From: Squalus acanthias
Lineage: Eukaryota
Length of the DNA stretch: 64,000 nt
NCBI GenBank assembly: GCA_030390025.1
Contig: CM059431.1
Location: 101,372,001 to 101,436,000 of the forward strand
Direction of reading: 5' to 3'
Shown here piece by piece: positions 50,411 to 61,914 of this stretch. The position numbers and the translations under genes are program-made. Within the stretch, counting starts at the first letter, position 1; every line of letters starts with the position of its first letter. The notes under the pieces are model-generated. The model had not been told where the DNA came from. It saw nothing but the letters and a program-made list of their open reading frames with translations, and made no database searches.

Positions 50411-52734
50411 TCTTTATAAGATTAGAATTAGAATTATATCGATGTATTATTGCTTTGTTTGGGTCAAGCTTGAGCAAAGTGCTGACTTCCTGTAAGTTAG
50501 TTGAATGAACATAACCAGGTTGATATTGAACCAGAGCTAGGTTCACAACTCTTATCTCTTCTAATGTTAACTCAACTCCCTCACAGAGTCGCACTCAACA
50601 GGGATCAATTCTGCAGCAGTGGGTGCGTGTCGGAAAATTGGCCGACCAATTCACGAGGGATCAAATTTTCCAATGGGCGATTTGGAGCCTAAAATGGAAT
50701 CAAGCGCACGCCCCCCCTTCCAAATATTTAAACGGCACGGACAAGGTCCCACACTGAATTTTATGTCAAGCTGAATTTTCAAGTCTCTGTCCACAGCACA
50801 AATCTTGCCTGTGAAAACAGCTGCATAGAGTGACGTCACTGTTCCCAGCCAGAATGGAGATGATTGGGTAATTCCCCCATCAATCACGCCTGGAGACCGC
50901 ACTGCTGTGAGTGACTGGAATTGCTTTGAGGCACATAATTTGTATTATGTACTATCCTCCACTCACTGCATTTTGCTGGAGAATTAATCCTGCTTTTATC
51001 CGGAGAGTTTGCTGCAGTTTCGGTCAGGAGTTCTGTTTGCTGCAGACTCTTTTTAAATAGACCCTGTCAATAGACTGTGTTCGCTTTAAAATAGAGTGTT
51101 TGCTGTGTGTCCTGCCCCGCCTCCAACTCATTGGCTGACACAGTGGGGGCGATTTTCTGCCATCGGAGGAGGCGGGTTTGGAGACGGGAAAGGCGGGAAA
51201 ATCAGATTCAAAGAGCTCGGGTTCGGAACCCGCCTCCGCGGGATTTTGCCGGTGCCGGTTTTGGAGGTCGGGAAACGGTCCCGCCTCCAGCTGGCCGTAG
51301 CGATACTTGTCATAATTAAATGCTCGTTAAGGGCCTCTCTCAGTCTATTTTGAGAGGCCCTCGTGATTTTTCGATGATTTCGGCGTGCTCCACGCACCTC
51401 CTGAACCACACACCTGGTGGGTTGACTCATGAGTGGCCTCCTCACAGCTGCAGGTCTAACGAGACATCGTTTATTGCAGCAAGGATTACTTGCAGGTGCC
51501 AGACCCTGGCTTTAAAAGGTCTCTGAGCACTTTTAGAAGGCCTTCCGAAGTCGGAGGTGCTGCAGCTTGAATCAATCAACTGTGGGACCTCCTTGGAAGA
51601 CCCTCTCCCCGTTTGCAATGAGCGCTTCCCCAAAGGAGGCATCTGCAAGCAGCATGGGAACCATTCGTTTTCTTTCTGCATGGACCTCAGATGAGGATGA
51701 GAAGCATCCACGGCAGCAGCAGAACCAGGCAGCTCAGGAGCAACACCAGCAGGAGCCCCAACCTCCTGCTCAGCCACCTGATGCTGCACAGGGCAGAAGG
51801 CACCAGCGCATCGAGGCACCTCGCCGCAGGAGATACCCCCCACAGAGGGTTTACAGACAAAGGATGAGCTACCTCAACATGAGTGAGCAGCAGTGCCAAT
51901 GGAGGCTGAGACTTTCACGAGATTGTCCGAGAGATCTGCGGCCTGCTGCAGCAAGACTTGGTGCCCAGAGGAACGGGTGGACACCCCTTACCAGTGGCTG
52001 TCAAAGTCACCACCGCACTCAACTTCTTTGCCTCAGGCTCCTTCCAGGGATCATCAGCAGATATCAGCAGCATCTCCCAGTCGGCCGCCCACAGTTGCAT
52101 CACGCAGGTTACCGATGCCCTTTTTGCTAAGGCCCACAATTACATCCAGTTCACAAGGGATTAAGCAAGTATACCCGCCCGTTCGGTTGGATTTGCAAAT
52201 ATGGCAGGCATGCCAATGGTGCAGGGTGTCACAGACTGCACACATGTGGCCCTTAGGGCACCCTATCACAACCCAGCTATCTTTGTCAACTGAAAGGGCT
52301 TCCACTCCCTCAACGTTCAGCTGGTGTGTAACCACAAGAAGGAGTTCTTGCATGTTTGCGCCAAGTTCTGTGGAAGTTGCCATGACTCTTTCATCCTGCG
52401 GCACTCTAGTGTTCCTCTGCTTTTCAATCCACCAAATCAACTTAACGGATGGCTCCTTGATGACAAAGGCTACCCCCTGAAGAAGTGGCTAATGACGCCG
52501 ATCAGGAGACCAGCTAACAAGGCTGAAGAGCGCTACAACACCAGCCACACTTCGACCAGGTCCATCATAGAGCAAATCATTGGGTTGTTGAAGATGCGCT
52601 TCCATTGCCTTGACCAATCAGGTGGAGCCCTGCAGAATGGTCGTGGTCTGCTGTACACTGCACAACATCGCAGAGCGTCGTGGCTTGCAGCTTCCTGATG
52701 AGCAAGCGGCTCAGTTCCAGCCCTCCTCAGATGA

Positions 52735-52957
52735 ATGTGAGAAGTCGCACAACACCAGGTTATAGTCCAACAGCTTTATTTGAAATCACAAGCTTTCGGA
52801 GCGCTGCTCCTTCGTCAGGTGAAGTCACTTCACCTGATGAAGGAGCAGCGCTCCGAAAGCTTGTGATTTCAAATAAAGCTGTTGGACTATAACCTGGTGT
52901 TGTGCGACTTCTCACATTTGTCCACCCCAGTCCAACACCGGCATCTCCACATCATAG
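52735..52957. mobile_element. Palindromic Penelope pLTR insertion in the decayed Harbinger transposase
   Basis: 92-bp inverted arms centred on 52826; 12-bp TSD ctcctcagatga (52723-34, 52958-69). Confidence 0.9.
52829..52866 (+). ncRNA. Minimal type I hammerhead ribozyme motif (Penelope-associated)
   Basis: UCAC-CUGAUGA-A-GGAGC-agc-GCUCC-GAAA-GCUU^GUGA: conserved core, stem II, stem I UCAC/GUGA, palindromic AAGCUU stem III. Mirror copy on the minus strand at ~52786-52823. Confidence 0.8.
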
Positions 52958-54169
52958 CTCCTCAGATGAGGCGGAGGAGGAGGAGCAGGAGGAGGTCAGA
53001 GCGCCGGTGTATTGACCAGCGGCAGCACGCAAGCACATGACTGCCCGGGATGCAAGGGATGAACTTATCCTGGCCAGATTTGCATAGGTTGCCCAAGTTG
53101 GCACATGTCCTTGACTCCATCCTAGGACATCATTGATAATGGACATGACTCTCTGGCCTCCTTTCACTCAGGCCACCAACCTGACAACGCAAATGTGGCG
53201 GACGCCGCAACGTGAAGTTGCCTAAGGCGAAAGAACAGATGCCATAACGCCAACATTTTGGCTTGAAATCATTTTAATGCTTTCCAACAGGGATGGCATT
53301 TCATCAATACACATAAACATTCTCCCAATCTGCGCACAGATCTGGAGCTTATATCCCTTGCCAGCTGTACCCACAGAGGTTTCTTTGGCAGGCCTCTTCC
53401 TCCCAGATGAGTGGAAGAGCACCTCCATGCTAGCTGTCACCCCCTCAAACAACTTTTGCAGCGCCTCATCCGAGAGCCTCGGGGAGGCCCTTGCCTGAAA
53501 TGGACATAGTGGTTTCTCAAAATATGTTGCAGGTGGTGCAGCATAGGCAGAAATGCTGTGGAATGAGCCAAGGGAGCAAGAAGCCATAAAATCAGACTGG
53601 AAAAGTGCTGTCAACAGAGGCGAGTTTCAGTCCCAAAACACTAATTGACCAAGGGCATCCCACACCTCTGAAATCAAACGGCCAATCATGGGAAAAATTG
53701 CAATTTTTTGAAAGCTATCAGTGGAGGCGGGTTTCAAACCCACCCAAACCGAAACCCGCCTCCATCTCGCCTCCAGTGAGAAAATCGCCCCCAGTGGTGT
53801 CAATGGACACTCCGCATAAAAACTGGGTTACCGAGAGCAGGCTTTTAAAGAGGGAGGGTTTTCATGCATCCTCTTCCATTTTGGTGGAGGCACAAGTTGG
53901 TTTTGCTTAGATCGCCCTCTATTTTTGCAACCTTTGGACTTTTTTTCACTGCCAACAGTTGCTTTATTATTCGAGGTTGCTGCCGTGGCAAATCTGGCAT
54001 CAAACTGGCGGTTGCAGTTGCCGACACAACAACAGTGACCGCACTTCAAAAGTAATTCATTTGTTGTGAAATTCTTCGGGGTGTACTTCGGACATGCTGA
54101 AGTGCGATATGAATGGAAGGTTTTTCTGACCTTATGCAGTTTCTCAGATTTAAAAACATAATTTCATTC

Positions 54170-54608
54170 AGACTGAACAGGCTGGGGGTCTTTTCCCTCA
54201 AAAAGAGAAGGCTGACGGGTGACCTGATTGAGGTCTTTAAGATTATGAAAGGGTTTGATAGGGTAGAGGTTGAGAAGATGTTTCCATTTGTTGGGGGGTG
54301 GCGGGGAAGACCAAAACTAGGGGCTATAAATATAAGATAGTCACTAATAAATCCAATAGGGAATTCAGGAGAAACTTCTTCACCCAGAGAGTGGGGAGAA
54401 TGTGGAACTCGCTAACACATGGAGTGGTTGAGGCGAATAGCATAGATGCATTTAAGGGAAAGCTAGATAAACACATGAGGGAGAAAGGAATGGAAAGTTA
54501 TGCTGATGGGGTGAGATGAAGAGGGGTGGGAGGAGGCTCATGTGGAGCATAAACACCGGCACGGACCAGTTGGGCCGAATGGCCTGTGTCTGCGCTGTAC
54601 ATTCTATG
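54170..54608 (+). mobile_element. CR1 3' fragment just upstream of the GPR18 splice acceptor
   Basis: RRLTGDLIEVFK...FFTQRVGRMWNSL. Confidence 0.85.
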
Positions 54609-54687
54609 AAAAAAATGTTTATTTATCCAATATTAATTTATTCTTTTTGTTCCAGGGTTATGAAAGTCTCAAACCCGCATTTTAAAA

Positions 54688-55668
54688 ATGCAAATACCGA
54701 ACAGCAGCCTCTCGGAACAGCAGCCCACAGAGTTCAGAGTCGGTGCAATTATCTTTTACAGCATTGTTTTCCTAATTGGGCTGGTTGTTAATGTGACCGC
54801 AATCTGGGTCTTCAGCTGCACCACCAAAAAAGGCACATCTGTGAACATATATATGACGAATGTTGCTCTGCTGGACCTCATTTTCATAATCCTGCTGCCT
54901 TTCCGCATGATCTACTTCGGGAAGAACTACTGGCCCTTTGGTGATGTCTTCTGCCGCATCAACGCCGCCCTCACCATATTTTACCCCAGCATTGCCCTGT
55001 GGCTCTTAGCTTTCATCAGTGTCGACCGTTACATGGCAGTGGTCCAACCCAAACACAACAAGGAGCTTCGCAACATCGGCAAAGCTGTGGCAAGCTGCAT
55101 TGGGATCTGGATAATGACCATTGCGTCTGTTCTGCCATTTATGTTTTCAAAGAACGACCCCGACAAGGTCTCGAACTTCACGACCTGCTTGAAAATGCTC
55201 GACATCATTCACTTGAAGGAAGCCAACAGTGTGAACTTCATCCGAGTGATTTTCTTTTTCCTGCTGCCTCTATTCATTATGATAGGATGCTACTGCACCA
55301 TCATCAAGAGTCTTCTAAAAGGAAAAACATCAAAACTGAAGCCAAAAACGAAAGAAAAATCCATTAAAATAATTGTGACGCTCATTATTCAGGTGCTGGT
55401 TTGTTTTGTTCCGTATCACATCTGTTTCGCTTTCTTACTTTTGCAAAGTGGCCATCGTGACTTCAACGCCTGGGCTGCCTTTACTACATTCTTGATGAAC
55501 CTCAGCACGTGTCTTGACATCATCCTGTATTATATCGTGTCAAAGCACTTTCAGGCAAGAGTCATCAGTGTGATCTACTATCGGAACTACCTGAGGAGCG
55601 TGCGAAGGAAAAGCTTCAGAACTGGCAGCTTCCGCTCACTCAGCAACGTCAACATCAGCGACATGTAA
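54688..55668 (+). CDS. GPR18: G protein-coupled receptor 18 (class A GPCR), 326 aa, single coding exon
   Basis: Seven hydrophobic segments; YPSIALWLLAFISVDRY (TM3), CFVPYHICFAFL (TM6), MNLSTCLDIILYYIVSKHFQARVISV (TM7/H8) and RKSFRTGSFRSLSN tail, all typical of GPR18. Splice acceptor ttctttttgttccag ends at 54655; AATAAA at 55962. Lies antisense inside a UBAC2 intron, as in mammals. Confidence 0.97.
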   Translation: MQIPNSSLSEQQPTEFRVGAIIFYSIVFLIGLVVNVTAIWVFSCTTKKGTSVNIYMTNVALLDLIFIILLPFRMIYFGKNYWPFGDVFCRINAALTIFYPSIALWLLAFISVDRYMAVVQPKHNKELRNIGKAVASCIGIWIMTIASVLPFMFSKNDPDKVSNFTTCLKMLDIIHLKEANSVNFIRVIFFFLLPLFIMIGCYCTIIKSLLKGKTSKLKPKTKEKSIKIIVTLIIQVLVCFVPYHICFAFLLLQSGHRDFNAWAAFTTFLMNLSTCLDIILYYIVSKHFQARVISVIYYRNYLRSVRRKSFRTGSFRSLSNVNISDM

Positions 55669-56914
55669 AAGAATGAAAGCCAACGAGACACGACTTTCGA
55701 AAAAGGAAAATGACAAATGTTCGGATTTATATACTGCCCCGTCGCGCTCAGATGTCTCAAAGTACGCTGCACCATGAAATGCTTTTGAAGAGGGGCGACT
55801 CTTGTTTCATATGTAAACGCAGTAGCCGCGTTGGTACCACGAGAATGACCAATTCATCTGTTTTTGATGGTGTTCTTGGAGGACAGAATGTTGGTCAGGG
55901 CACCAGGCGAATGTAATTCTATATAATGCTGTGTAAAACTGCTCACATCAGGTTTAGTCGGAATAAATGCTTTTACATCACTTGAATATTTGCTAATGGA
56001 ATGATGCCTCTTTGTAATTTCACAACTTTGCCATTGTGTTACTAGATCAAGTCAGAAGAAGTTATATTTAAGCTGCACGCTGCTGTGTTCAGTTCACACC
56101 TTGAATAAATGGGCTAGATATCTTGCTGGAGTGGGGCATCTTAGTGGGGCGTCTCCAGTTAGTTAGACTTTTTCCCTCAACCTTCAGCTCGAAAAAAAAT
56201 TCCATGCCGTAACTCGCTGGAAGTGCGAGCTGATAACGGCGCAGCGATGGCAACAGGGCATCTGGGACCTCGGTGAACGACGGGACCAACAGTCTCCTTC
56301 ACCATTGAGATTAAAGGATTGAGAAAAAACAGAAGAACGACTGAGAAGGAAATAAGGTGAATTAGAGTCAAATTAGGTACAGAAAGAGAAATAAAGAGAG
56401 GGAAAGAAAGATTGGATTAAGAGAGAGAAGAAAAAAAGAAACATTTAACATTTTTTAAATCTCTCAGAAGAATTTACTTTTTTTATATTTGTTCCTGGGA
56501 TGTGGGTGTCGCTGGCAAGGCCAGCTTTTATTGCCCATCCCTAATTGCCCTTCAGGTGAGCCGCCTTCTTGAACCGCTGCAGTCCGTCCTCCCACAGTGC
56601 TGTTAAGGAGGGAGTTTTGATTTTGACCCAGCGATGATGAAGGAATGGCGATATATTTCCAAGTCAGGATGGTGTGTGACTTGGAGAGGAACTTGCAGGT
56701 GATGCTGTTCCCATGCGCCTACTGCCCTTGTCCTTCTAGGTGGTAGAGGTCGCGGGTTTGGGAGTTGCAGGAATGAGACTCCACAGTTTAAATTGTTCAA
56801 TTTCTGGGCCAGAGAGGTTGATTGTCATTACATTAACAATTATCATGTCGTTAAAAAGGTGCTTGCGCTATTAATTACCAGCCCTAACTTTTTGTGGCGA
56901 GATGAATGAGCAAT

Positions 56915-58335
56915 TGTAACCCCACTGTTTAAGAAAGGAGGGAGAGAGAAAACGGGGAACTACGGACCAGTTAGCCTGACATCAGTAGTCGGGAAAATGC
57001 TAGAATCTAGGGCACTGAGAAAATAATAATAGGATTGAGCAGAGTCAACACGGATTTATGAAAGGGAAATCATGTTTGACGAATCTGTTTTTTGAGATTG
57101 TAACGAGCAGAATAGATAAGGGGGAACCAGTGGATGTGGTGTATTTGGATTTTCAGAAGATATTCGATAAGGTGCCACACAAGAGGTTATTAAACAAAAT
57201 TAGAGCTCATGGGATTGGGGGTAATATACTACCATGGATTGAGGATTGGTTAACAGACAGAAAACAGAGAGTAGGAATAAACGGGTCATTTTCGGGTTGG
57301 CAGACTGTAACTAGTGGGGTACCGCAAGGATCAGTGCTTGGACCTCAGCGATGCACAATCTACATCAATGATTTGGATGAGGGACCAAATGTAATATATC
57401 CAAGTTTGCTGATGATACAAAGCTGGGTGGGAATGTAAGTTGTGAGGAGGATGCAAAGAGGCTTCAAGGGGATATAGACAGGCTAAGTGAGTGGGCAAGA
57501 ACATGGCAAATGGAATATAATGTGGAGAAATGTGAAGTTATCCACCTTGGTAGGAAAAATAGAAAAGCAGAGTATTTTTTAAATGGTGAGAGATTGGGAA
57601 ATGTTGGTGTTCAGAGGGACCTGGGTGTCCTTGTACACGAATCACTGAAAGTTAATATGCAGGTACAGCAAGCAATTAAGAAAGTAAATGGTATGTTGGC
57701 CTTTATTTCAAGAGGATTTGAGTGTCAGAGTAAAGATGTCTTACTGCAGTTATATAGGGCAATGGTGAGACCACACCTGGAGTATTGTGGACAGTTTTGG
57801 TCTCCTTACCTAAGGAAGGATATACTTGCCCTAAGGGAGTGCAACGAAGATTCACCAGACTGATTCCTGGGATGGGGGGATTGTCCGATGAGGAGAGATT
57901 GAGTAGACTAGGCCTATATTCTCTAGAGTTTAGAAGAATGAGAGGTGATCTCATTGAAACATATAAAATTCTTACAGGGCTTGACAGGGTAGATGCAGGG
58001 AGGATGTTTCCCCTGGCTGGGGAGTCTAGAACCAGGGGTCACAGTCTCAGAATAAGGGGTCGGCCATTTAGGACTGAAATGAGGAGAAATTTCATCACTC
58101 AGAGGGTGGTGAATCTTTGGAATTCTCTACCCCAGAGGGCTGTGGAGGCTCAGTCATTGAGTATATTCAAGACAGAGATCGATAGGCTTTTGGATATTAA
58201 GGGAATCGAGGAATATGGGGATAGTGTAGGAAAGCGGAGTTGAGGTGGAAGATTAGCCATGATCTTATTGAATGATGTAGTAGGCTCGAGGGGCTGAATG
58301 ACCTACTACTGCTCCTATTTCTTATGTTCTTCTGT
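56915..58335 (+). mobile_element. CR1 RT + 3' end
   Basis: [32 protein letters not shown]; ttcttatg tail. Confidence 0.9.
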
Positions 58336-59701
58336 TCAATTAATGTGCATATATAGCAAGTTCTTAAAAATAACAAGGAGGTTGAGAAGCCATCTGTGCG
58401 AAGCAAACGGTGCAGCAGCATAAATTGACCTGCAAGTTCTGCAGATTCACAACTCACGACTTATCTCCTCATTCCCTGAACTTGCTGGCCGATTTGCGGA
58501 TTAATAGAAAGAAAGAAAGGCTTACATTTCTATAGCGCCTTTCACGACCACCAGACATCCCAAAGCGCTTTACAGCCAATGAAGTACTTTTGGAGTGCAG
58601 TCACTGTTGTAATGTGGGAAACGCAGCAGCCAATTTGCGCACAGCAAGCTCCCACAAACAGCAATGTGATAATGACCTGATAATCTGTTTTTGTTATGTT
58701 GGTTGAGGGATAAATATTGGCCCCGGGACACCATGGAGAACTTCCCTGCTCTTCTTCGAAACAGTGGCCGTGGGATCTTTTATGTCCGCCTGAGAGAGCA
58801 GACGGGGCCTCGGTTTAACGTCTCATCCAAAAGACGGCACCTCCGACAGTGCAGCGCTCCCTCAGTACTGCACTGGGAGCGTCAGTCTGGATTATGGGCT
58901 CAATTTAGATTAGCAATGCAGCATAATAAGTTCTCTCATCAATTCCACACAAAGCAATGAGCAATTTTGCCCATCACTATCTTTACCACCTCAGAGCCCT
59001 TCTACTGTGTAATGATGTAATCCAAATCACCGAGCAAAAATCGAAAGAAAAAAAATGATTGGCCATATTCACCAACCAACATGTCCATAAAATGGGAAGC
59101 AAGGCAATAGCTGGAGAGGTCAAGAGAAAATATGGAAACAAACTGCTATAAACACTGCAATTTGAAATTCATACAGAATCTTACAGCATAGATTCGGCCC
59201 ATCGTGCCTGTGCCGGCTCTGTGAAAGAGCTCTCCAATTAGTCCCACTCCCCCTGCTCTTTCCCCGTAGCCCTGCAATTTTCTCCCCTTCAAGTATTTAT
59301 CCAATTCCCTTCTGAAAGTTATTATTGAATCTGCTTCCACCGCCCTTTACATAGGATTTACGGCATAGAAACAGGCCATTCGGTCCAACCAGGCCCTACC
59401 GCCCACTTTCAGGCAGTGCGTCCCAGATCACAACAACTCGCTGCGTATAAAAAAATTCTCTTCATCTCACCTCTGGCTCTTTTGCCAACTACCCTTAATC
59501 GTCTCCAGCCTGAATTAAAATGAAAGGTGAACCATTCCCACACCTAATTTAGCTGTTAAAAGGCATCATCAAAAAAACGTTTGGTTACCGCCCTTAGATG
59601 CTGAATATTACTGAAAGTCTACAGATCAAGCTGCTTCATGGTATTAAGGATAATAAAGGACTTCATGATATTTTTCGGCAACAGAGTGTTTGAAATATTG
59701 A

Positions 59702-59887
59702 GGGGGTGAAATTGGTCTTTGGTGGTGGCGGGATACGGACGATAGCGAATCGGCCGCCCGCTTTACACTGCGCTGGATTTTCTGTTGCGTTCATTTCAAT
59801 GGGAAAGTAAATCGGGCACGATGTAAAACAGGCGGACAATTCGCGAGCAGCCATTTCCCGCTACCGATGAAGACCAATTTCACCACC
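59702..59887. mobile_element. Short MITE (~186 bp)
   Basis: TIR GGGGGTGAAATTGGTCTT / AAGACCAATTTCACCACC; no clear TSD. Confidence 0.65.
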
Positions 59888-60702
59888 GTAGTATTTTTCG
59901 GATCCTCAGTATTTTTCTCCCCCTCCAAAGTACTTTCGAATTAAAAAAAAGACTATTATCTGTTTATTCAGGTCGTAGTGAGCAGCTCTGTCAGATCACA
60001 TATCATCAAATCCAAAAAGAGATCAACTTCTGTCCAATAAAGGGAAAGAAAGTCTTGGAGAATATTGTTTTCCAACCATGACGTCCAACTGATCTGACAG
60101 AAAAATGGAAGAACTTGCATTTTATATAGCACGTTTCACGACTTCAGGACATTTACAGCCACTTTTGAAGTGTAGTCACTGTTGTAATGTAGGAAACGTG
60201 GCAGCCAATTTGCACACAGCAAGCTCCCACAAACAGCAATGTGATAATGACCAGATCATCCGTTTTAGGGATGTTCGTTGAGGGATAAATATTGGCCCCA
60301 GGACACCGGGATAACTCACCTGCTCATCATCAAAATAGTGCCATGGGATCTTTTACGTCCACCTGAGAGAGCAGACGGCGCCTCGGTTTAACGTCTCATC
60401 CGAAAGACGGCACCTCCGACTGCAGCACCTCGCTCAGTACTGCACTGGAGTGTCAGCATTGAATTTTGTGCTCAAGTCTCTGGAGTGGGACTTGACCCAC
60501 AACCTTCTGACTCAGAGGCGAGAGTGCTGCCCACTGAGCCACGTCTGATAGCCACATCATAGTTTATTCTACCGCAGTGTAGAATGAGGAAATCATCAGT
60601 GATTAAATTAGAACTGCATTAACTAATATTTTATGCAGTATTGCCACATTTTCCATTTGATTCATTAAATTGTCAAAGGACGAACCAAGATTACGTTGTG
60701 AG

Positions 60703-60861
60703 CAATGTTCCCTCTAAGCTGCGTGGCCGCGTAATGGGAAAGGTCCTGCGCAGGCCGCTCACTGGCTTCTCCATTGTAAATACAAATGCTGAAATGTAAA
60801 GGGACCGTGCACTAAAAGAAACAGGCTGCGGAGAACAAAGCACAGCTTACAGGGAACAGTG
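60703..60861. mobile_element. hAT-type MITE (159 bp), same family as 2835-2974
   Basis: Ends CAATGTTCCCTCTAAGCTG / CAGCTTACAGGGAACAGTG; perfect 8-bp TSD gttgtgag. Confidence 0.88.
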
Positions 60862-61807
60862 GTTGTGAGGTTTAAAATGAACATAGAACCATTGCAATGT
60901 GACCAGATACACAGTGATTCCAGCCTTCAGTCCACTTCCCCTGTTCCATCTGATGGTCTGTATCTCTTACATCAATGGGTTTATTTTTAGCTGATGACAA
61001 TAGTACTTCATCACTTCTCAGAAATATCCCAAAGTGCTTCACAGGGTCACACAAACAGCAAATGGCAGGAATGACCAGTTAATCTGTTTTTCATGGTGTT
61101 TGGTTTGACAGAACTGTGGGCCTTTTATCAAAAATTGCGGCGAGTTCTTTAACGTCCACCTGAACAACAGAAAGGGCCTTGGCTTAACATTCAAAGTATC
61201 CGTTGTGGCTCAGTGGGCAGCACCCTCGCCTCTAAGTCAGAAGGTTGTGGGTTCGAGTCCCACTCCAGGGACTTGAGCACGAAAATCTAGGCTGACTGTT
61301 GAAGGTGTCGTCTTTCGGATGAGACGTTAAGCCCTGTCTGCTCTCTCAGGTGGACATAAACGATCCTATGGCATATTTCGATGATGAGCAGGGAGGTCTC
61401 CCCAGTGTCCTGGCCAATATTTATCTCTAAACCAACATCATTGAAACAGATGATCTGGTCGTTATCACATTGCTGTTTGTGGGAGCTTGCTGTGCGCAAA
61501 TTAGCTGCCGCGTTTCCTACATTACAACAGTGACTACACTTCAAAAAGTACCTCATTGGCTGAAAAGTGCTTTGGGACATCCTGAGGCCATGAAAGGCGC
61601 TGTAGAAATGCAAGTTCTTTCTTTCTTTAACATCTCATCCAATACACAGCACCTCCAACAATTCAGCGCTCCCTCATTACTGCACTGAAGTGTCACCTTA
61701 GATTATATGCTTAAATCCTGAAGTGGGAGGGTGGGGCAGAAAACAAGACCTAAGTAACTTGTCATTTGTCTGCAATAAAACAAAACAAGAAATGAATATT
61801 AACTTAC

Positions 61808-61914
61808 AAACCGGATGGCAAGATGCTCACAGACATGTCAAGTGTATGGTGCAGGGTTTCCACCAGCAGTAAGTCCATAAATGCAGACAGAACCCAAGAA
61901 CCTAGAAGGAAAGA
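61808..61914 (-). CDS. UBAC2: UBAC2 internal coding exon (107 nt; equivalent of human exon 4); not in the ORF track
   Basis: ctgtag|TCT acceptor and TT|gtaagt donor. Encodes SFLLGSWVLSAFMDLLLVETLHHTLDMSVSILPSG(F/L), continuing the previous exon in phase 0 and matching recalled human SFLLGSWVLSALFDFLLIE...LPSGF. Confidence 0.93.

Larger units (their letters stand above)
51145..53792. mobile_element. Second Harbinger family, decayed two-gene copy, between the candidate GPR18 first exon and its CDS
   Basis: Perfect 14-bp TIR GGGGGCGATTTTCT; TSD AGT. Plus-strand transposase remnant (~51618-53087: [35 protein letters not shown]) with stops and frameshifts. Minus-strand Myb-like remnant (~53370-53500: PRLSDEALQKLFEGV...EVLF). 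Confidence 0.9.

Noticed and set aside
1..54000. GPR183 (EBI2) or further UBAC2 exons expected from synteny
   Set aside because: No second 7TM ORF in the track and no exon-5-like peptide seen by eye; a short exon could have been missed.
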